This document shows, piece by piece, positions 1 through 8,987 of a stretch of DNA of 63,111 nucleotides. The stretch covers positions 1-63,111 of the forward strand of contig JAMDCU010000158.1 of the NCBI GenBank assembly GCA_023489485.1. The letters are read 5' to 3'. The stretch comes from Chloroflexota bacterium (GTDB lineage: Bacteria; Chloroflexota; Anaerolineae; UBA4142). How positions within the stretch are numbered: the first letter of the stretch is position 1; every line of letters begins with the position of its first letter. Made by a program: the position numbers and the translations under genes. The notes under the pieces were generated by a model that saw nothing but the letters and a program-made list of their open reading frames with translations, ran no database searches and was not told the origin of the DNA.

Positions 1-2
1 CC

Positions 3-329
3 GTCTTCGTTTGTTCCTGGTATCTTTCGATAGGAGCTGACGGGTACGCCCGCAATTGTCTCGGTGACCCCTTGAGGGCATTGGCCAGCCGTCACCTGAT
101 GCTGGGGCTGTACGCCGGGCCCGACTGGGATATCAAGGAAGCCAAATTGCACAAGGTCAGGGGAGCATTGATGATGGGATCCGATTGCCCGGGTGGAGGT
201 GTCGCCCGCAAGATGACCCAGATGGCCTATGAGGCGGCAGGAATCCCCATGTTTCTCATCGACCCAGTCTGGGATGAAGAAACGGTGAAAGCAGAAGTCT
301 CGCACTTTATCGAGACGCGATTGGCCTGA
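3..329 (+). CDS. 3' end of a gene truncated by the window edge; possibly a 2-hydroxyacyl-CoA dehydratase (HgdB/BcrC-like) C-terminus
   Basis: Frame 3 is open from base 3 to the stop at 327-329; the track ORF 72-329 starts at an internal TTG. The tail ...SDCPGGGVARKMTQMAYEAAGIPMFLIDPVWDEE..FIE loosely resembles the C-terminus of that family. Weak, by eye only. Confidence 0.3.
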   Translation, partial: VFVCSWYLSIGADGYARNCLGDPLRALASRHLMLGLYAGPDWDIKEAKLHKVRGALMMGSDCPGGGVARKMTQMAYEAAGIPMFLIDPVWDEETVKAEVSHFIETRLA

Positions 330-343
330 CCGGAGAAACTGGT

Positions 344-2767
344 ATGGTTACGTCCACGGGAGATTATGCTCGCTCAATCGATCGTCTCAATCCGCGCACG
401 CCCCGCATCGAGGCGTTGCTCCGTCGCTTTTTTGAGAGCAAAGTGCACATATGTCCCGAACGGTCGCATCTCGCCACCCAATCTTGGAAAGAGAGCGAAG
501 GCTATCCTCTTGACATTCGACGAGCTATGCTCTTCGCAAAGATCTGCGACGAGATTCCGATCGCGATCTTTGATCGCGAACTCATTGTCGGGTCGCAAAC
601 ACACTATTTCCGGGGCGTCGGCCTACAGCTGGACTACAATCCCATCGTCGGTTTCGAATTGGAGGAGGGCGACCGGCGCTTGAGGGCGGAGCAGGCCGAG
701 GGAATCCTCAGCGAGAAGGATTTGCAAACGATTATCGAGGACAGCCTCTATTGGAGGGGAAAGAGTCCCGGCGAAACCATGTGGCAATCGATCCGAGAGA
801 TCTTGGGCCCAAGCTTTGAGCAAGCAACCTACTCATGTACTCAATCTTATGGCAAGTTCACCAATTTCGCTCCGGATGCCGACTACGCCAAGGTACTTGA
901 GACGGGCCTCGGTGGGATTATGGCCGAAATCGAAGCCGAGATGGCGGCGTTGGACTTTTCCTCGCCGGAAGATGGGCGGAAATATGTGTTCCTGCAGGCC
1001 GCGCATCTTTCCTGTCAGGCGGCGATCCGGCTGGCTCGGCGGTATGCGCGTCTCGCGTGGGAGATGGCAACACGTGAAGACGATGCGCGACGTAAGCAAG
1101 AGTTGGAGACAATCGCCGCGGTCTGCGAGCGCGTCCCTGAATATCCCGCTCGAAGTTTCTGGGAGGCCCTACAATGCGTGCGTTTAATTCACCTCGCCCT
1201 ATATCTTGAGGATGGAAATGGCGCCGGGGCGCTGCTTGGGCGACTAGACCAGAATCTCTATCCATTCTACCGGGCGGATATTGATCAAGGTGTGCTGGAA
1301 AGAGAGCAAGCAGCCGAATTGCTTGCAGCCTTTTGGCTGAAGGTTGCGGCCACGGACCGGATACCGCCCGGCTACGTCAAGACAGCAGGCGCGGGCTATG
1401 TGCAGACGCGCGCCATCTTGGGAGGCGTGGACCGCAAAGGCAACGACGCCTGCAACGAACTGACGTATTTAATCCTCCACGTGGCCGGAGAGCTGAAACT
1501 GGATGTTCCGCTTTACCTGCGCTGGCATTCGCAGATGAGCCGGGAGATTATGCTCAAGGCTGTCTGGACCAATATCGAGGTTGGCTCAGAGCCCGCCTTT
1601 CACAACGACGAACAAATCATTCCCGGCTTGGTCGCCGATGGGGTGGCGCTCGAGGATGCGCGTGACTATGTGCTCCACGGCTGCTCCCATCCGTTTCCCT
1701 ATGGATCTTGCTACGGCACGGTCTTTTTCGTGAACGGAGGCAAGGTGCTGGAGCTCGTCATGAACAACGGCGTTGACCCCAAGACGGGCCAGCCAATCGG
1801 ACTTGCGACTGGCGCCCCGCGGGAGTTTACAAGCATCCGGGATTGGGTAGAGGCGTTTGCCCGCCAATGGGAGCATCTCTACGACACAGTGATCCACGGC
1901 TTTAACATCGGTGAGATTACCCAGATGCAGGTGTACAGCCAGCCGTTTGCTTCGGCAATCATAGCGGACTGTATCCATAAAGGACTCGATGTCCATGCGG
2001 GAGGATGCCGCTACAACCAATTCATCGGCGACATTCAAAACAAAGTCTATGCCGATATACCGGACGCGCTCGTCGCGATCGACGAACTCGTCTACACGCA
2101 GCACAAGCTTACCGTCGCGGATTTGCTCGAGGCATGTGCTGGCAACTTTTACGGTGAAAAGGGTGAGTACATCCGGCGCCTATTGGAGGCGGCGCCCAAG
2201 TTCGGCAATGACCTGGGGAAACCCGAGGCCATTTATCGCCAGCTCAATGACCATGCGGTATCCGTCAGCCGCTCGCGCAAGGGATATTTCGGTTTTCCAA
2301 AACGAGATACGCGTGTGGGGGGCGCGGTGCACATGGCGCAAGGGAGGGATGTGGGAGCCTTACCCAACGGTCGGAAATCAGGCATGCCGCTTTCAGACGG
2401 AGGCATTTCTCCTGTGGCTGGCTGTGATACGCGGGGGCCAACGATAACACTTCGTTCAGTAGCGCGTGCGCTGGACTTTAAGACGAATCGTTCCTCGGTC
2501 CTGAACCAAAAGATGCCGCGGGCCTTGCTCCGCACCCAAGACGAACGGAAGCGACTGGTCGATCTGATCGAGTCCTATTTTGCAGGCTATAACGGGTACC
2601 AGGTGCAATGGAACATCCAGGACCGGGATTTCTACCTTGCGGCTAAAGCGAACCCATCGGAATACAAGAATCTCATCGTCCGCGTAGGCGGGTATAGCGC
2701 CTATTTTGTCGAACTCGATCCCGAGCTGCAGGACCAGATTATTGCACGAACTGAACAGCGGATTTGA
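344..2767 (+). CDS. Glycyl radical enzyme, PFL2/dehydratase-like class (GRE1)
   Basis: 807 aa. C-terminal glycine-radical motif LIVRVGGYSAYFVEL. Thiyl-Cys loop LEDARDYVLHGCSHPFPYG. N-terminal region typical of PFL2-class GREs (ICPERSHLATQSWKESEG). Confidence 0.9.
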   Translation: MVTSTGDYARSIDRLNPRTPRIEALLRRFFESKVHICPERSHLATQSWKESEGYPLDIRRAMLFAKICDEIPIAIFDRELIVGSQTHYFRGVGLQLDYNPIVGFELEEGDRRLRAEQAEGILSEKDLQTIIEDSLYWRGKSPGETMWQSIREILGPSFEQATYSCTQSYGKFTNFAPDADYAKVLETGLGGIMAEIEAEMAALDFSSPEDGRKYVFLQAAHLSCQAAIRLARRYARLAWEMATREDDARRKQELETIAAVCERVPEYPARSFWEALQCVRLIHLALYLEDGNGAGALLGRLDQNLYPFYRADIDQGVLEREQAAELLAAFWLKVAATDRIPPGYVKTAGAGYVQTRAILGGVDRKGNDACNELTYLILHVAGELKLDVPLYLRWHSQMSREIMLKAVWTNIEVGSEPAFHNDEQIIPGLVADGVALEDARDYVLHGCSHPFPYGSCYGTVFFVNGGKVLELVMNNGVDPKTGQPIGLATGAPREFTSIRDWVEAFARQWEHLYDTVIHGFNIGEITQMQVYSQPFASAIIADCIHKGLDVHAGGCRYNQFIGDIQNKVYADIPDALVAIDELVYTQHKLTVADLLEACAGNFYGEKGEYIRRLLEAAPKFGNDLGKPEAIYRQLNDHAVSVSRSRKGYFGFPKRDTRVGGAVHMAQGRDVGALPNGRKSGMPLSDGGISPVAGCDTRGPTITLRSVARALDFKTNRSSVLNQKMPRALLRTQDERKRLVDLIESYFAGYNGYQVQWNIQDRDFYLAAKANPSEYKNLIVRVGGYSAYFVELDPELQDQIIARTEQRI

Positions 2768-2781
2768 ATTGATTATCGGGC

Positions 2782-3534
2782 ATGGACAGACTCAAAGATA
2801 AGATCGCCATTGTTACCGGAGGGGCGAGCGGGATTGGCCGAGGTATTGCCTCTCTCTTCGCTGCCGAAGGCGCACGGGTCGTGGTGGCAGATGTTGCTTG
2901 CGATCGGGGTGAAGAGACCGTCAGGCATATTAAAGCCTCCGGGGACGTGGCCGCCTTCGTTGAAACAGATGTGTCCAGAGCGGCGGATGTCGAGCGGATG
3001 GTTCAATTCACTGTTCGCCAATTCGGCAGACCCAGCATCCTCTGTAACAACGCGGGTGTGATGAGCATAGAGCCACGTCTCATCAGCGACCTCACCGAAG
3101 AAACCTGGGATCAGGTGATCAACATCAATCTCAAAGGCATCTACCTGTGTTCCAAATACACGGTCCCCGAGATGATCACCGCCGGGGGCGGCGCGATTGT
3201 CAATGTCGCCTCCATTGCCGGGTTGGTCAAATCTCCGAACTATGCCTACGCCGCTTCCAAAGGGGGAATCATCGCGCTGACTCGTTCTCTGGCGTTCGGG
3301 TGTGGGGACCACAACATTCGTGCGAATGTGATTTGCCCCGGCTCAATTGACACACCCGGTCGGGCTCGGCTGCGCCGGAATCGAACAGATAGGCAAGATC
3401 TCAGCGCCCGGGTAATCCAGAAAGACGGCACTCCCGAAGACATTGCGCACGCCGCGGTTTATCTTGCATCAGATGAGTCTTCCTTTGTCACGGGTTCTGT
3501 CTTGGTAGTGGATGGTGGCTCATTGCGAGGCTAG
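2782..3534 (+). CDS. Short-chain dehydrogenase/reductase (SDR), 3-oxoacyl-ACP reductase-like
   Basis: TGGASGIGRG cofactor motif, NNAG, and catalytic YAASKGG (YxxxK). 250 aa, starting 15 nt after GRE1. Confidence 0.85.
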   Translation: MDRLKDKIAIVTGGASGIGRGIASLFAAEGARVVVADVACDRGEETVRHIKASGDVAAFVETDVSRAADVERMVQFTVRQFGRPSILCNNAGVMSIEPRLISDLTEETWDQVININLKGIYLCSKYTVPEMITAGGGAIVNVASIAGLVKSPNYAYAASKGGIIALTRSLAFGCGDHNIRANVICPGSIDTPGRARLRRNRTDRQDLSARVIQKDGTPEDIAHAAVYLASDESSFVTGSVLVVDGGSLRG

Positions 3535-3601
3535 GATGCACGCTGAAGGATTGGGTCAGCTGAACGATGTCTATCCAAATAAAAGAACTGAAGGAGGAGA
3601 G

Positions 3602-5218
3602 GTGAGCACCAAAAGTCTAACGCGTCGAGAGTTCTTGCGTTATGCTGGCGTTACGAGTGTGGGACTGGCGGTGGCTGCATGCGCCCCATCAGTTGCTCCA
3701 GCCCTTCCCACGACAGGACCGGCGACTGCAGCCGCCGCCGCGGCGACAGCGATAACCGGACCCAAGAGCGGTGGTGTGCTCAAGATTGGCATTTTGGCGG
3801 ACGTGGCGACCATGGGAGATCCGGCCAAGATGACAGTGGTGAGCAGCACGACCCAAGCTGCCCCTGCTATCGAAACCCTATTTCGCACCGACAAGTCAGG
3901 TAAACCCGTGCCCTGGCTCGCCACTGATGCCATCAACGATCTGGCCAACAAGGCCATTACCATTCCCCTTCGCAAGGGGGTCAAATTCCACGACGGCACG
4001 GATTTTAACGCCGATGCCGTCAAGTGGAATCTGGAACAGTGCATGACGGGAAAGACCGGAGGAACCGAGAACTTTAAATCCATCGACAAGGTGGATGACT
4101 CCACGGTTCGCATCAACCTGACTCAGTGGGATAATACCGTCACCGTCAACCTTGGACAGATCATCGGGGCGATGATTTCCCCAGCGGCCTACAAAGCTAA
4201 CGGCGCCGAGTGGGCAGGTAGCCATCCGGTTGGCACTGGTCCATTCAAATTCGTCTCGTGGGAGAAAACCAGTGAAATCGTCTATGAGAAATTCGACGGC
4301 TACTGGCAAAAGGGCAAACCGTACCTCGACGGCATTGAGATCCATGTGATCGCGGATCCGGTGACCCGCCTGATCAGCTTCAGAAAAGGGGAGGTCGACT
4401 TTCTGACGTTCATTACGGCGAAAGATGCTGCGGATCTGGAAAAAGAAGGTTTCGGTGTCAATCGTGCTCGCGCGGGGTCGGGCGCGCTCGGATGGGTCCA
4501 CGACTCGATCAAACCCGACTCTCCATTTGCCAAGCTCGAGGTCCGTCAAGCCGTCCAGCATGCCATTGATGTCGATGCCATTGCGAAGACAATATTCTAT
4601 GGTTCCGCCGAGCCGGCGAACCAATGGATTTACAAAGGGCACTGGGCATACAACTCATCTATCACCGGCTACCCCTACAATCCCGACAAGGCGAAGCAGC
4701 TCCTCGCGCAGGCGGGCTTTGCTAACGGCTTCAACACCAAGCTCGCCTATATCACGAACAACGCGGATTATGCGCCGCTTTCGACTTCTGTTCAAGCGTT
4801 TCTGAAGAACGTAGGCATCGACGCCCAGTTGGATCCGGCCCCGATCACACGATGGAGCCAGGTCGCGTTGAGCGGGGGAACCTGGGATGGCATGTGGTGG
4901 GCAGGCATCTCCCCGAATCCTGACGTTGCCGCGGCACTTGCCTCCAGGTATATGGGGGGCGGAAGATACTACAGCCAGATGCTTGTGCCAGACGATTACG
5001 TGAAGGCAATCCAAACTGCTTTGGCCGCAGGCGATTTCGAGAGCAAAGCTAAAGCCACGCAGGATGCGATGAAACTAATGATTGACAAGTACTGTCTGCG
5101 CACTGTCGTTTGCTGCACATCCGACATGGGAGTCTACGACAAGAAAGTACACAATACGGGCTGGTTTGAGACGCCCGTTTCAGCGTGGTGGACGCCCGAA
5201 GACGCGTGGATTGGATAG
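3602..5218 (+). CDS. ABC-transporter solute-binding protein, family 5 (Dpp/Opp/Nik-like), Tat-exported lipoprotein
   Basis: GTG at 3602 is preceded by AAGGAGGAGAG. Twin-arginine signal TRREFLRYAGVTSVGLAVAAC with a lipobox-like Cys, followed by a low-complexity A/T/P linker. Length and composition fit SBP_bac_5. The track ORF start at 3512 overlaps the SDR gene and is less likely. Confidence 0.75.
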   Translation: MSTKSLTRREFLRYAGVTSVGLAVAACAPSVAPALPTTGPATAAAAAATAITGPKSGGVLKIGILADVATMGDPAKMTVVSSTTQAAPAIETLFRTDKSGKPVPWLATDAINDLANKAITIPLRKGVKFHDGTDFNADAVKWNLEQCMTGKTGGTENFKSIDKVDDSTVRINLTQWDNTVTVNLGQIIGAMISPAAYKANGAEWAGSHPVGTGPFKFVSWEKTSEIVYEKFDGYWQKGKPYLDGIEIHVIADPVTRLISFRKGEVDFLTFITAKDAADLEKEGFGVNRARAGSGALGWVHDSIKPDSPFAKLEVRQAVQHAIDVDAIAKTIFYGSAEPANQWIYKGHWAYNSSITGYPYNPDKAKQLLAQAGFANGFNTKLAYITNNADYAPLSTSVQAFLKNVGIDAQLDPAPITRWSQVALSGGTWDGMWWAGISPNPDVAAALASRYMGGGRYYSQMLVPDDYVKAIQTALAAGDFESKAKATQDAMKLMIDKYCLRTVVCCTSDMGVYDKKVHNTGWFETPVSAWWTPEDAWIG

Positions 5219-5226
5219 TCAATTTC

Positions 5227-5260
5227 ACCCGGAGGTCGAGATTGCGCTCGACCTCCGGGT
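5227..5260 (+). terminator. 14-bp perfect inverted repeat just after the SBP stop codon
   Basis: acccggaggtcgag-attgcg-ctcgacctccgggt, 9 nt after the TAG at 5216-5218. There is no clear U-tract, so it could be a terminator or an RNA-stability hairpin. Confidence 0.4.
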
Positions 5261-5521
5261 TAATCTGAGAGTTTCTCTCGGTCCGTTTCACCCTGCTTCA
5301 CGCTGCATGAACACGTCGACTCGAAGCCAATCTGGAACATGGGCGCCCGCTGGCAGGTTGAATCTTTCTGTGTTCGCCTCTCGAAATGAAGACGCGACGC
5401 TCAACCCATTTCGTCTGTCCTTTTATCAACCTATTCGGAAGTTGGGCAGAGTCATTCAGAATGAGATTATCGGAAGGATGGGGCACGGGTCCAATTGAAA
5501 TACTCGGTTGGGAGGTAACCG

Positions 5522-7984
5522 ATGGCTACGATCTCAGAAACAGGGTCGGATCCATCTGCCAGTCCTGGGCACGTGATTGAGGCGATCAACGCCATCGACC
5601 CGAAGATGCCCCGTATCGTCGGCTTGCTCGATCGCTTTTACGATAGCCCGGTGCAGATTTGCCCCGCACGCTCGCATCTTGCTACGGAATCGTGGAAAGA
5701 AACCGAAGGGCAACCGCTCCACCTCCGGCGCGCCTATCTCTTCGCTAAGGTCTGTGACGAGATCCCGATCACAATTTTTGACCGGGAGCTCATCGTCGGT
5801 TCGCAAACACCCTTTCCACGGGGCGTTGGCTTGCAGCTGGATTTCAGTCCTCAGATGGGCTTGGAGATCGAGGCGGGCGACCGCCGCCTCCGTGCCGACC
5901 AGACGGAAGGCCTCCTCACCGATGCTGACTTGAAAACTATCGTAGACGATGCCCACTATTGGCAAGGACGCAGCCCGGGCGACGTAATGTTGCAAGAGAT
6001 TCGAGCGGTGATGGGGTCCAGGTACGAAGACGTCTCGGTGGATGTCTGTACGCGCTCCCACGGCAAGCAATCGCTCTCTTCTCCCCATCCCGACTATGAC
6101 AAGCTCTTGAGAGTTGGCCTGTGCGGCATTATCGCCGAGATTGATCACGAGATCCAAAAGATCCAGTTCTCCTCGCCGCGTGATGGGGACAAGTATCTGT
6201 TCCTGCGTGCCGCGAAATTGGGATGCGAGGCGCAAATCCGTCTGGCACGTCGGTATGCGCAGCTAGCGCGCCAGATGGCAGCTCAGGAAGCGAATGACGT
6301 GCGGAAAAAAGAACTTGAAACGATCGCCGAAATCTGCGAACAGGTCCCTGAGAATCCACCGAGGAATTTCTGGGAAGCGCTGCAGAGCATTCGGTTTATC
6401 CATCTAGGATTGTACCTCGAGGAGGGAAACGGGAGCGGCATCCCCCTCGGCCGGCTTGACCAATACCTTTATCCCTTTTTCCACGACGACCTGGAACTCG
6501 GCAAGCTGACGATAGAGCAAGCGGCCGAGCTCTTATCTGCGTTTTGGATCAAGATGGCATCCACCGACGCCTTTGTCGTCGCTGGCGTCAAAATCAGCGG
6601 TGCTGGTTACTTAAATACCCGGACCACGTTGGGCGGGGTGGACCGGTCGGGGAATGATGCATCCAACTCGCTCACCTATCTCATTTTGCATATCGCCGGG
6701 CACTTGAAGCTAGGTGTACCCATCTACCTGCGGTGGCATTCGGGCACTCGGCGTGAGTTGATGCTCAAAGCCGTCGAAACGAATATGCAGATTGGGTCCG
6801 AGCCGGCGTTTCACAACGACGAGCATATCATTCCTGGGCTCGTGGCGGACGGGGTTTCACTGGAGGATGCACGCGATTATCTCGTCGATGGGTGTGCGCA
6901 TCCCTATCCGTATGGAAGTATCTATGGGACTTACCATTTCATCGACGGCGCCAAGGTGTTTGAGTTGGTGATGTATAACGGCCACGACCCCCGCACCGGC
7001 AAACAACTGGGCATCCAGACCGGCGACCCCGTGGAATTCGAAAGTATCGAGGATTGGATTGGCGCGTTTCAAAAGCAATGGGAATATGTCTACGATACTG
7101 TACTCAAGGGATTCAAAATCGGTGAGTTGGTCAAGATGCAGGTATACAGCCAGCCGTTTGCTTCGGCCCTCTCACCCGACTGTATCCAGAAAGGACAGGA
7201 TGTTCACGCCGGCGGGGTCCGCTACCCTCAGTTCACGGGAGATGTCTACAACAAGATCTACGCGGACGTTGTCGATTCACTGGTCGCCATCAACGAATGG
7301 ATCTACCGGAAACGCACTCTCTCTGTCTCCGAATTGATCCAGGTGTGCATGAGCGATTTCGCCGGCGAAAGAGGTGAGGTGATTCGACGAATGCTCGAGT
7401 CTGCGCCCAAATTTGGCAACGACCTGGGGAAGCCGGAGGAGACCTACCGGATCTTGAACGACTACGCGGCAACCTGGGGACGGTCGCGGAGGGGGCAGTT
7501 CGGTTATCCGAAACGCGATGTCAAATTGGGCGGTGCCGTTCACGGGTCACATGGCCGGATTGTGGGCGCTTTGCCGAGCGGCCGCAAGGCGGGGATGCCG
7601 TTGGCCGACGGCGGGATTTCTCCTTGTGCAGGGGTCGATACCCAAGGCCCCACGGTGACAATGCGTTCTGTCGCCAAGTCGTTGGCGTATGAAGGTAATC
7701 GTACGGCGGTCCTGAACATGAAAATGCCCAAGAGCCTGCTCCGAACTCGAACTGAGCGGGAACGCTTGGTCGATTTGATCGAGTCCTACTTCGTGGGGTA
7801 TAACGGCTATCAGGTTCAGTGGAATATTCAGGACCGCGAATTCTACTTGGCCGCCAAGGCGCATCCATCCGAATACAAGAACCTGATCGTGCGCGTGGGC
7901 GGCTACAGCGCCTATTTTGTTGAGCTCGACTCGCTGTTGCAAGACCAGATCATCGCCCGAACTGAACAGCGCATTTGTTGCTAA
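5522..7984 (+). CDS. Glycyl radical enzyme, close paralogue of GRE1 (GRE2)
   Basis: 820 aa. LIVRVGGYSAYFVEL glycine-radical motif and Cys loop LEDARDYLVDGCAHPYPYG. Collinear with GRE1 over its full length. RBS GGGAGG lies upstream of the ATG. Confidence 0.9.
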   Translation: MATISETGSDPSASPGHVIEAINAIDPKMPRIVGLLDRFYDSPVQICPARSHLATESWKETEGQPLHLRRAYLFAKVCDEIPITIFDRELIVGSQTPFPRGVGLQLDFSPQMGLEIEAGDRRLRADQTEGLLTDADLKTIVDDAHYWQGRSPGDVMLQEIRAVMGSRYEDVSVDVCTRSHGKQSLSSPHPDYDKLLRVGLCGIIAEIDHEIQKIQFSSPRDGDKYLFLRAAKLGCEAQIRLARRYAQLARQMAAQEANDVRKKELETIAEICEQVPENPPRNFWEALQSIRFIHLGLYLEEGNGSGIPLGRLDQYLYPFFHDDLELGKLTIEQAAELLSAFWIKMASTDAFVVAGVKISGAGYLNTRTTLGGVDRSGNDASNSLTYLILHIAGHLKLGVPIYLRWHSGTRRELMLKAVETNMQIGSEPAFHNDEHIIPGLVADGVSLEDARDYLVDGCAHPYPYGSIYGTYHFIDGAKVFELVMYNGHDPRTGKQLGIQTGDPVEFESIEDWIGAFQKQWEYVYDTVLKGFKIGELVKMQVYSQPFASALSPDCIQKGQDVHAGGVRYPQFTGDVYNKIYADVVDSLVAINEWIYRKRTLSVSELIQVCMSDFAGERGEVIRRMLESAPKFGNDLGKPEETYRILNDYAATWGRSRRGQFGYPKRDVKLGGAVHGSHGRIVGALPSGRKAGMPLADGGISPCAGVDTQGPTVTMRSVAKSLAYEGNRTAVLNMKMPKSLLRTRTERERLVDLIESYFVGYNGYQVQWNIQDREFYLAAKAHPSEYKNLIVRVGGYSAYFVELDSLLQDQIIARTEQRICC

Positions 7985-8004
7985 CGGGAAGCAAAGAAGT
8001 TGAG

Positions 8005-8964
8005 ATGCGGGTTCTAGTCACAGGGGGTGCGGGGCGGTTAGGAATTCGAGTTTGTGAAACGGGATTGAAGCACGGATTTCAGGTGAGGATCTTCGACGTT
8101 GAAACGCCGAAAACCCGTGCAGCACTGGGCGGACTTTCGGGCAAGGCTGAGATCGTCTGGGGAGACATTACCCGTCCTGTTGATATCGGCCGAGCCTTGA
8201 AGGATGTCGAAGCGGTCGTCCACATGGCGGCTGTTCTGACAGCGACGACGGTAGTCAACCCGGATTTGGCGACCCACGTCAATCTGGGAGGGACCCGGCT
8301 TCTCGTCCAGGCCCTTCAATCTTCTGGCCGGCATATTCCCTTTATTTATACTTCCTCCGTGGCCGTGTTCGGACCCACTCCGGATGCCACCGAACCTCTT
8401 TGCCCAGAGCGAGTGACTCCCCATCCCAAAGGGATATACGCCGAAACGAAACTGGCCGCGGAAGAGCTCATCAGGGCGGCCGGGATTGATTTTGTCATCC
8501 TGCGACTAGGATCCCATTGGCAGGACCAAATCTTTTCAAGAGCGGAACTTCGTTATATGTTCCGGATTCCGCTCGACAATCGTATCGAAACCAGTCACCC
8601 GGACGATACGGCACTGGCGATCATCAAGGCGATCAAGTATTTCGACTCCATGAACGGCAGGACACTGGTCATCAGCAGCGGCCCGCGCGGACGGATGCTG
8701 CATCGAGAGCGCGTGCGTGCAATCCTTGATATCCTTGGGCTGCCTCTGCCGCCTGCTGAACGTTTTAGCCGACAGCCGGCGCCCATGGACTGGTATGATA
8801 CCACCAAGTCGGAGCAGATCCTGCACTACCAGACTAGGACTTTTAGCGACAGCCTCCTTGATTACCGAGCGGCATTGAGCAGACGGTATTCCCCGCTATT
8901 CGTCCCGCTCATGCGTTACCTGGTAGGCCCTCGCCTGGGCCGATGGATCGTGCGTTGGATTTAA
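8005..8964 (+). CDS. NAD-dependent epimerase/dehydratase (extended SDR)
   Basis: MRVLVTGGAGRLG Rossmann motif at the ATG at 8005 (track start 7975 is upstream). YAETK (YxxxK) is present. Confidence 0.7.
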   Translation: MRVLVTGGAGRLGIRVCETGLKHGFQVRIFDVETPKTRAALGGLSGKAEIVWGDITRPVDIGRALKDVEAVVHMAAVLTATTVVNPDLATHVNLGGTRLLVQALQSSGRHIPFIYTSSVAVFGPTPDATEPLCPERVTPHPKGIYAETKLAAEELIRAAGIDFVILRLGSHWQDQIFSRAELRYMFRIPLDNRIETSHPDDTALAIIKAIKYFDSMNGRTLVISSGPRGRMLHRERVRAILDILGLPLPPAERFSRQPAPMDWYDTTKSEQILHYQTRTFSDSLLDYRAALSRRYSPLFVPLMRYLVGPRLGRWIVRWI

Positions 8965-8987
8965 ACGGAATACAGAGGAGATCAAGC